The notes under the pieces were generated by a model. It made no database searches. It saw only the letters and a program-made list of their open reading frames with translations, and was not told where the DNA came from. The position numbers were made by a program, and so were the translations under genes. Shown here in pieces: positions 1 through 6,896 of a stretch of 8,227 nt of DNA. The stretch lies in contig NW_021828514.1 of assembly GCF_006345805.1 (NCBI RefSeq), forward strand, positions 1 to 8,227, given 5' to 3'. How positions within the stretch are numbered: the first letter of the stretch is position 1; every line of letters begins with the position of its first letter. This DNA comes from Octopus sinensis. Its lineage: Eukaryota.

Positions 1-390
1 GGGTCTGTATTGCCTGTGAAACTTTTGTATCGTCTGCATACTTGTGATCGTGCCTCTGCGTGGCTGAGGGCAATGTCTGAGAGGGCCATTATGAACAGTA
101 GTGGTCCCAGAACAGTGCCCTGCGGAACACCGCTCACTATTTGTGTGTTAATGGAGGTGGCGGCCCCATTGGCTACTACCACCTGACTTCTATCCTTCAG
201 AAGTCATGAAGCCATTCTCCCAGTTTTCCAACTATGTTGAGATCACGCAGTTTGTGACATATCATTCCATGATCGACTTTATCAAAGCCTTTGCAAAGTC
301 GAGATATATCACTTCCACATTTGAGTGGTTGAGCAGCCGTTTCAGCACCCAGTCATAGTGTTGTAGGCGCTGAGTTACAGCTTCTCCCTG
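1..390 (-). mobile_element. Decayed non-LTR retrotransposon (CR1/L2-group LINE) reverse-transcriptase fragment; runs off the left edge of the window
   Basis: Manual minus-strand translation gives ...VEVIYLDFAKA/DKVDHGMICHKLRDLNIVGKLGEWLHD/LKDRSQVVVANG...IVSGVPQGTVLGPLLFIMALSD/...YADDTKV. These are the canonical RT motifs YLDFxKAFDxV (about 306-270), GVPQGxVLGPLLF (about 131-93) and YADD (40-29). At least three frameshifts interrupt the frame. Confidence 0.92.
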
Positions 391-393
391 TAC

Positions 394-450
<57 letters not shown>

Positions 451-460
451 ATATAAATAT

Positions 461-504
<44 letters not shown>

Positions 505-598
505 GTCATATATAATATATATATATTATATATATATATATACAATATATATATATAATATATATACATATACATAATATATATACATATACATATAT

Positions 599-633
<35 letters not shown>

Positions 634-725
634 TATACCTATATATATATATAATGTAATATATATTATATATATATATATATCATATATAAATATAAAT
701 ATATATATATTATTATATATACATA
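391..725. repeat. Long imperfect (TA)n microsatellite / low-complexity tract
   Basis: Almost pure alternating T/A with occasional C/G interruptions. Confidence 0.97.
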
Positions 726-1029
726 TACCATGCCACACATACATACTCACATACATCAACACACATGGAGGCACACACTCGCATACAGCATACAGAAACC
801 TTCTCATTATGGCTATACCATAACCTGGAGGAACACATATTTCAGCAAGCCATACAGATATGTAAAATTAAACGCATACAGCCATACAATACCCTTTCAT
901 GTGTTAGTCTTCCATTTTGATTATGCTCAATAGACCTGAATTGGCCTCAGTTTTTATCACCTATCTTCTAGATATCGTTAACGGCAAACATGTTATAGGT
1001 TCAGGTATTTACGGGTTTGGGGTTTCAGG

Positions 1030-1120
1030 ATGTGTACTTGCATGCGTGTGCGTGTGTGTATTTGAGTATGTGTATGTGGTGTGTGGTGTGTGTGTGTGTG
1101 TGTGCATTTGTGTGTGTATA
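1030..1120. repeat. Imperfect (GT)n tract
   Basis: gtgtgtgt runs mixed with gc/at variant units. Confidence 0.9.
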
Positions 1121-1294
1121 CGTGTAAAGTCAGCGATATTTACTTGAGATATCTGAGGAGCATATATTTCCGGGGATTTTACTGTTGTAGAACGATAACA
1201 CGCATACACTTTATACGCATATACATACATATATGTGTATACACCCATATATATCGATATGTATATACATACGCACACTCATATAACGCTATAA

Positions 1295-1318
1295 GATAGA
1301 TAGATAGATAGATAGATT

Positions 1319-1357
<39 letters not shown>
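1295..1357. repeat. (GATA)n tetranucleotide microsatellite
   Basis: Contiguous gata units with one gattga interruption near 1315-1320. Confidence 0.97.
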
Positions 1358-1387
1358 GCATGAATAAATGTATACACGTTTCTACGC

Positions 1388-1434
<47 letters not shown>

Positions 1435-1555
1435 TATATACCTACATATATACCTACATACAGTTTCACACACTCAAACACACGCGCGCGCACGCACGCA
1501 CTCTCTCTTTCACGCACGCACGCAGACATACACACACACACACACACATACACAC
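1388..1555. repeat. Compound (TA)n / (CG,CA)n microsatellite
   Basis: A TA run at about 1390-1440, followed by cacacgcgcgcgcacgcacgca and (CA)n to about 1555. Confidence 0.92.
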
Positions 1556-1597
1556 GTCCAGGAAAAAATGATGATCGATAAGGATGCTGTTTTTGAG

Positions 1598-1665
1598 ATA
1601 ATTCAATGGTTAGAGCATCGGGCTCACAATCATATCATGGTGAGATCGAATCCCGCACTGGCGTT
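1598..1665 (+). pseudogene. Degenerate tRNA-like sequence, probably the 5' head of a tRNA-derived SINE
   Basis: A-box-like TGGTTAGAGC (1607-1616), anticodon-loop-like CTCACAA (1623-1629) and B-box-like AGATCGAATCCC (1643-1654) at tRNA-like spacing. The stems do not close into a cloverleaf. Confidence 0.6.
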
Positions 1666-1690
1666 CTGTCAAATGTAGAAACAATTTAAT

Positions 1691-1741
1691 TTTGAAACAA
1701 TAATTAGAAATATGTTATATTTGAAATAACAATTAGAAATA
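1691..1741. repeat. Imperfect tandem duplication with about 29-bp period
   Basis: tttgaaacaataattagaaata (1691-1712) versus tttgaaataacaattagaaata (1720-1741). Confidence 0.7.
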
Positions 1742-1809
1742 ATTTATGTTTCAAATACTGATAAAATAATTTTGATAAATTCTTCCTAAGTTTCAAAATT
1801 TCTTGAAAC

Positions 1810-2290
1810 CAAAGCAGTGTCGCAAAGGTTAATGATATTAGATCAAGCATAGTTCAAGAAAGAGCGCGTAGCACCTAGGGTGTCATCAGGCATTCACAGC
1901 GCGCTTGCCAATCGGACATTGCGGCCACCCACCATGGTGTTCTACAGACGATAAGTGGCGGGCAAGAGCAACGACTTTCTTGCAGAAGCCCTGGGAACAC
2001 TAGGCGTTAATGAAAACATATAGTTGGTCTTTAGAAGGCCCATGGAAAACTTAATGAAATCTTTGACCTGACTCTGCTATCGGAGGCATCGCTGGTCTGA
2101 GACAAACACTACAGGCATAGTAGTGCCGTCAGCCATGTTTGCCCGAGGTGCGTGGAGAATGACGAAAGAGTTTTGCAAGCACTTGATCCTTGGAGTTAAG
2201 TCAATCACCTACTTTCACGTGTAGAACGGGTCAGGCTATAGGCCGACACAACCTTGAAAATCGCCCCTAAACAACTTTCCTTCTCTTAGG
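1810..2290 (+). mobile_element. GC-richer decayed coding-like segment, possibly an ORF1 (gag-like) relic of an L1/Tx1-type LINE
   Basis: Composition shifts from the AT-rich flanks. Broken frames read LRPPTMVFYRR*VAGKSNDFLAEALGTLGVNEN (from 1919), IVGL*KAHGKLNEIFDLTL (from 2020) and VENDERVLQALDPW (2152-2193). These only loosely recall Tx1/L1 ORF1 sequence. Confidence 0.3.
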
Positions 2291-2418
2291 GAATTTCATT
2301 GTTTATGATTTTATTCTTAATGTTTTTTTATGTAAAGTCCCTTGTTCATTCTTTCTGTATCCTTTGGTGAATGGCCCTTGTGTCCTTATAAAGAATTATT
2401 ATTATTATTATTATTATT
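2291..2418 (+). mobile_element. LINE-like 3' UTR with polyA-signal variant and (ATT)n tail
   Basis: A pyrimidine/T-rich stretch (tgtaaagtcccttgttcattctttctgtatcc...) is followed by TATAAA-G (2387-2393) and directly by (ATT)8 (2395-2418). This layout is typical of a non-LTR 3' end. Confidence 0.5.
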
Positions 2419-2970
2419 GAGTGAGAGAGCAGTGCATGCCATCAAAGTGACACTGGGGTAAAATATACGAAGCCCAATATACCCATCATGACTACCCGTC
2501 TGATAAGGGTACACCAGGCACATGCATCACAACCATATGTGCGCGACATGGTGATCTCATATCAAGATAAACAGCACATGACCTTGCAGGTGGGGCCCAG
2601 TTAGAATTTTCTTCAGGTTGAGTAGCCCATCCCGCTCAAAAGGTCAATGAATAAGGTTGTTTAAGGATGTTGAAAGAACCACCCTGTTTCCAAGGTGAAT
2701 TATTCAAACCCCAAAGAATCCCTCTAACACATGGCTATGATGCTCCCCCACTACTTCTGCTCGTGATCAGAGATGCACATATCGTCAGCCACTAAGGGAC
2801 ATGCTCAACTGGTTAAGGCAAACAACTGACAAGCAAATCTGTGATTGAGCAGAATATTTGCTGTAGCCCATCTTTTATACCAAACAAAACAAAAACAATG
2901 TACATGATAACACTTCCAATCAGTTAAGATCAGAAGCCATGAGAGCCACTGCCTGGTACTGCATCAGGGC

Positions 2971-2974
<4 letters not shown>
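2419..2974. mobile_element. Unclassified interspersed repeat, long copy (about 556 bp), flanked on both sides by (ATT)n
   Basis: Both ends recur in the copy at 3042-3202: 64/72 identity for the left end and 40/41 for the right end. No ORF, clear TIR or A/B boxes were found. Confidence 0.8.
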
Positions 2975-3033
<59 letters not shown>

Positions 3034-3036
3034 TTA
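2975..3036. repeat. (ATT)n trinucleotide microsatellite
   Basis: Near-perfect att units with short T slips. Confidence 0.97.
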
Positions 3037-3041
3037 TCAGT

Positions 3042-3202
3042 GAGTGAGAGAGTAGTGCGTGCCATCAAAGTGACACTAGGATAAATTATACGAACCCCAG
3101 TATGCCCATCATGCGTCACTACCATATGTGGGCAACATGGTGATCACGACATGGTGAAGAAAAGCCATGAGAGCCACTGCCTAGTACTGCATCAGGGCAT
3201 TT
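3042..3202. mobile_element. Internally deleted second copy of the 2419-2974 element
   Basis: Begins gagtgagagag.agtgc.tgccatcaaagtgacact and ends aagccatgagagccactgcct.gtactgcatcagggcattt, like copy 1. It lacks about 34 bp and about 370 bp internally. Confidence 0.88.
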
Positions 3203-3223
3203 ATTATTATTATTATTATATTA

Positions 3224-3258
<35 letters not shown>
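3203..3258. repeat. (ATT)n trinucleotide microsatellite
   Basis: att units with a few substitutions. Confidence 0.95.
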
Positions 3259-3494
3259 GCTAATATTTTTATTAGGTGGTTGCGCATAAATGTCACAAGT
3301 ATTTGATCTGATCTGAAATCAATACGACTCATTGAACCACCATATTTATTAGTTCAGTTTTCAACTATAAGTTGATCCGTGTTTCAACTCAGCACCCTAA
3401 AAATATGTCAAATATCTATGTATCGTATATCAGATTAGCGGCGCCAGTATTTTATCAACGGGCTGACACAAGAAAAATACATATATATGTGGAA

Positions 3495-3610
3495 GTGTAT
3501 GTGTATGTTCTAACTATGTTGTGCGTGTGTGTGTGTGCGTGTGTATGTGTGTGTATGTGAGAGAGAGAAAGAGTTGGAGTGTGTGTGTTGCACGCGTGCG
3601 TGTGTCTGTG
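3495..3610. repeat. Imperfect (GT)n/(GA)n tract
   Basis: gtgtgtgt, gagagaga and gcgtgcgt runs. Confidence 0.88.
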
Positions 3611-3954
3611 TTCGTAGGTGTGAGTACACAAATAAATTTTAGATAAATTGTAAGGGCCCTGTGTCCACTAAAAGTTATCGAAGGGTTTCTGATGATACAA
3701 GATCTCATGAATTATGAGTTTAGAATTTGATACTGTGGTGGGTCACAGCGGGCTTTGGTGTGGTTTACACATTCTTCAACCCCATAAAGGTTCAGGCAAA
3801 CGGGAGACATTCTACATAGTCGCTCGAACTACAAAAAAAATCATTGCTAAGTTACCACACAACCACTCCTACGCCTATGTTGAATAAAGTCATAATTAAC
3901 TGATCCTCCTGTATTTTCTTTTTGCCAAAGACAGGAACATTTTAGCACCCCTTA

Positions 3955-4080
3955 TGTGTGTGTATGTGTGTGTGTGTGTGTGTGTTTGTCCTTAGCTACT
4001 GCTTGAAATCTGGTGTCGGTTTATTTATATCCCCCTAAATTAGCAGTTCAGCAAAGGGACAGATGTAATATGTTTCAGGC
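3955..4080 (+). mobile_element. Decayed 3' half of the tRNA-SINE seen at 6473-6896, starting at its internal (GT)n
   Basis: gtgtttgtcc..tgcttga..ctggtg..ttta.atcccc.t.a.ttagc.gttc.gcaaa.g.gac.gat aligns by eye with about 6685-6787. Confidence 0.75.
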
Positions 4081-4176
4081 ATAGAAGAGACAAAAAAAAA
4101 AAAAAACGTACAGGGATCGTAACCCTCAAATCGCACACACGCATTCACATACATATATTCTTCTCATATTATATTC

Positions 4177-4523
4177 AACAAGAGCACTCAGAGTGCGCAA
4201 ACGTCCGCCAAGGCAACACCAACGTCCTCTCAACGATTTGGCAGAGTTGATTTTTAAAATGAGAATATCTGAAATAAACTCAACTGCTATCACAAACGAG
4301 AATACTAAAAATGAGCCCGACCCCTCTAAAAAACTAAGTAAAGAAAAAAAACAGGGAAAGCAATCCAGAATCTATGTGTGGTACCAGATCGTGCCAGTCA
4401 CAAGGCCAGACATCCCTGAAAGTTTCATCCGAATCCATCCTGCGGTTCTTGAGATATCTTGTCCACGGACAAACAAACAAACAAACGCGACAGAAAACAA
4501 TACCTCCGCCTTCGCGGAGTATA
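4177..4523 (-). mobile_element. Non-autonomous Helentron (HINE / DINE-1-like element), apparently with both termini
   Basis: The minus strand starts TATACTCCGC-gaag-GCGGAGGTAT (hairpin 4504-4519), followed by (TTTG)4 (4470-4485) and GTCCGT..GATATCTCAAGAAC. It ends with GGCGGACGT (4201-4209, inverted relative to the start), a stem-loop GCACT-ctg-AGTGC (4184-4196) and CTCTTGTT (4177-4184). This matches the established DINE-1/HINE layout. Confidence 0.75.
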
Positions 4524-4579
4524 TTGTATTTTCCTTCGTGTCTTTTGCTCTACTACAGACATATATCGTAGCCTAAAAA

Positions 4580-4696
4580 TATATCTTTCTACTCAGGGCA
4601 CAAAGCCCGAAATTTTGGGGGAGGTGAGGCAGTCGATTAGATCGACCCCACTACGCAACTGCTACTTAATTTATCGACCCAGAAAGGATGAACGTA
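4580..4696 (-). mobile_element. Fragment (3' part) of a second SINE family
   Basis: The minus strand reads ttcatcctttctgggtcgataaattaagtagcagttgcgtagtggggtcgatctaatcgact...cccaaaatttcgggctttgtgccctgagtagaaag. It shares ggggtcgat..tcgact with the SINE tail at 6805-6824 and resembles an abundant octopus SINE as recalled. Confidence 0.7.
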
Positions 4697-5094
4697 GCCC
4701 AGAAATTGTGTAACCAAATCTTGCTGAAATCAGACGAAAAGGAAGGCAGTACTCATGGTTATTTACACATAAAAGAACGTATCCGAGAAAACTAGAAGAC
4801 CTAGCTCTCAAATGCATGCGATAACGTAGAATACGCTGAAGAATATCAAGTGTCAGGTGTAGTTATTAAACAAAGCAACATACTAAAATATATCACTCAA
4901 GTATGTCACGAGGTGAGTGGAACTCTGAATTCAAAGAACCAGAACGAATTCCATATGACATCTAAACCGAAGTTCTTCTAGTTCTAATTCTTCCAATCCA
5001 ACTTACAGAGTAGTGGCATATTTTATCAATAGGAGATGATAGAAGATAAACAGAATCTGAATTGAGTTTGTATATCTATGTGTGTGTATGGCTA

Positions 5095-5240
5095 CATATA
5101 TACGACGATCTTCTTTCAGTTTCCATCTTCTGAGTGGATTTGGTCGGTCCGAGGTTATGATAGACAACAGTTGCCCATGGTCTGAACTCTGGAACCATGT
5201 GGTTCGAAGCAAACCTCCTACCAAACACCCACGGCTGTTC
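5095..5240 (-). mobile_element. Decayed 5' half of the tRNA-SINE seen at 6473-6896
   Basis: The reverse complement (..ccacatggttccagagttcag..gggcaa..gtctatcataacctcggaccgaccaaatcc..gatggaaactgaaagaag..cgtcgtatata) aligns with about 6480-6640, with deletions. Confidence 0.82.
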
Positions 5241-5246
5241 CCCCCC

Positions 5247-5290
<44 letters not shown>
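5240..5290. repeat. Compound C-run/(CT)n/(AT)n microsatellite
   Basis: ccccccctctctctctctctctctatatatatat... Confidence 0.95.
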
Positions 5291-5319
5291 CACATATAAT
5301 CTCAACTCCAAATGCAATA

Positions 5320-5538
5320 GGGGGCGAAAGAAGTGACGTCCAACTGATAATTAATATGTAGAATTATTACATAAAGGTTAAAAATATTGTTTGTTTTATA
5401 TTGAGAAAGTAAATAAAAAATGCTGTGAAAGAGCCGGCAAACAGCTGGGAACCGGAAATTGCAAATGGCGCTATATTGAGAACATCGTAAAACCGGAAAC
5501 TGACGACTGGATTGATGCCCAAATATGACCAGGTAATC
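5320..5538 (+). promoter_or_regulatory. Candidate Pol II promoter / first exon with 5' splice site
   Basis: CRE-like TGACGTC (5334-5340), two AACCGGAAA ETS-type sites (5450-5458, 5491-5499), YY1-type AAATGGCG (5463-5470) and donor CAG|GTAATC (GT at 5533-5534). Confidence 0.4.
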
Positions 5539-5706
5539 GTTTAATATAAATCTGTTTATGATGACTCATTTATGACAAATAATATTGATAATAATAATCA
5601 TCATGCTATTGTACTATATGCGAATGGGGGAGTATATACGCAACTTCATATGTTGTGTTTCTGTGTATACACATAGGTATGTTATATATATATATATATA
5701 TATGTA

Positions 5707-5870
5707 GGCGCAGGTATCCCTCAGTTGTAGGAAGGTGAAAATTTTGTTTCCCAACAATATTGTTCCCAGTTCAGTCTCATTGTGTGGCGCCTTAGGCAAG
5801 TGTTTTCTCCAATAGCCCAGGCCAACCAAGGCCTTGTAAGGGGATTTCGATTGACGAAGCTCGTCGAATA
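5707..5870 (+). mobile_element. Decayed 5' half of the tRNA-SINE seen at 6473-6896
   Basis: Starts GGCGCAGG as at 6473. Contains ttccca..gttcccagttcagtc, cttaggcaagtgttttct..atagccc.ggcc.accaa.gccttgtaag.ggattt and gaagc.cgtcg, then stops at a TACA/TA repeat. Confidence 0.82.
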
Positions 5871-6181
5871 CATACATACGTATGTACGTACATATGAGAT
5901 TTTTATGCAAATAAATTAACACACTTCGGTGTATGATTCGAGAGTTCAACCGTCATACCAACTCAAGCACATATTACAAACACCGGGAACTCTCGACTAA
6001 AAAGTCTTGTCACTTTATTAGCAACCGGTTTGAACTCTCCAAGAACTTAAATAAAACATACATGCAAACATACATATAAATAAGTTGGACATCTGTAAGA
6101 AAAACTGCCTTAAACCAGACGCCGAATGAAGGGAAGAATGTTAACAACAAGCATTATATGCAATCACCAGAACAAACATAA

Positions 6182-6440
6182 ACTAACTACAAAATTTCTG
6201 TCTCATTTTCAGCCTTCCTTTCTGCAACCGAAACAATGTCTCACTATTACTCTTTACAAATTTCTACGTACTATGGCGAAACAGGTTCACAGGAAATTTT
6301 AAATCCATACATTGCGCGGGCCCTTTCTGTTTCAAGGCTTTTAGTGGCCATAATGAGTCCAACAGATTTGTGGAGCAAGTTAAAGTCTCATACAGACAAT
6401 CATTTACGGAATGTGCATGATAAAACTATTGATCAATAAA
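6182..6440 (+). other. Candidate branch point + 3' splice site + exon with short ORF and polyA signal
   Basis: ACTAAC (6182-6187), pyrimidine tract tttctgtctcattttcAG (AG at 6211-6212), two overlapping stop-free frames (6214-6420 and 6236-6439) and AATAAA at 6435-6440. No protein family was recognised. Confidence 0.33.
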
Positions 6441-6472
6441 TACGTATTGTTTTTAAAAATAATACGCATAAA

Positions 6473-6896
6473 GGCGCAGGAGTGGCTGTGTGGTAAGTAG
6501 CTTGCTAACCCCCCACATCGTTCCGGGTTCAGTCCCACTGCGTGGCATCTTGGGCAAGTGTCTTCTGCTATAGCCCCGGGCCGACCAATGCCTTGTAAGT
6601 GGATTTGGTAGACGGAAACTGAAAGAAGCCTGTCGTATATATGTATATATATATATATAAGTGTGTGTGTATATGTTTGTGTGTCTGTGTTTGTCCCCCT
6701 ATAATTGCTTGACAACCGATGCTGGTGTGTTTACATCCCCGTCACTTAGCGGTTCGGCAAAAGAGACCGATAGTATAAGTACTGGGCTTACAAAGAATAA
6801 GTCCCGGGGTCGATTTGCTCGACTAAAGGCGGTGCTCCAGCATGGCCGCAGTCAAATGACTGAAACAAGTAAAAGAGTAAAAGAGAGAGTAAAGAG
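6473..6896 (+). mobile_element. Full-length tRNA-derived SINE with internal (TA)/(GT) microsatellite and A/G-rich tail
   Basis: A box TGGCTGTGTGGTAA (6483-6496), B box GGGTTCAGTCCC (6525-6536), CORE-like CTTGGGCAAGTG (6549-6560), microsatellite at about 6635-6690, and a tail ending gactgaaacaagtaaaagagtaaaagagagagtaaagag. Three partial homologues occur in this window. It resembles octopus tRNA-SINEs (OK/OR group); the exact family was not verified. Confidence 0.88.

Noticed and set aside
760-890. Recurring CATACAG and TGGAGG.ACAC motifs
   Set aside because: They are short, irregularly spaced and embedded in CA-rich low-complexity sequence, most simply a decayed microsatellite or local duplication.
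375-1581. Nine ORFs rich in YI, CV, HT or YLSI repeats
   Set aside because: They are translations of TA, GT, CA and GATA microsatellites, which lack stop codons in some frames. There is no coding signal.
2395-3258. Repeat-spacer-repeat pattern as a CRISPR-like array
   Set aside because: The repeats are variable-length microsatellites and the intervening segments are homologous to each other. The context is eukaryotic and no cas genes are present.
3372-3708. ORFs of 62 and 64 aa
   Set aside because: They run through the GT tract and have low-complexity products.
4193-4576. 127-aa ORF (and overlapping 65-aa and 84-aa ORFs)
   Set aside because: It starts at a GTG inside the HINE stem-loop and largely coincides with the HINE; TNKQTN is the (CAAA)n repeat. 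There is no recognisable domain.
4805-4983. Stop-free frame with a perfect donor GAG|GTGAGT at 4913
   Set aside because: There is no convincing upstream acceptor or pyrimidine tract and no recognisable protein motif. One donor match in 8 kb can occur by chance.
5382-5528. Protein-looking frame YIEKVNKKCCERAGKQLGTGNCKWRYIENIVKPETDDWIDAQI
   Set aside because: It has no start codon or acceptor, ends in a stop before the donor and matches no family I recognise. The promoter-motif explanation fits better.
5003-5949. ORFs of 104, 84 and 111 aa
   Set aside because: Each is built largely from SINE halves plus TA/CT repeats.
6473-6545. Functional tRNA gene
   Set aside because: The A and B boxes are present but no cloverleaf forms, and the sequence continues into a SINE body found in other copies in this window.
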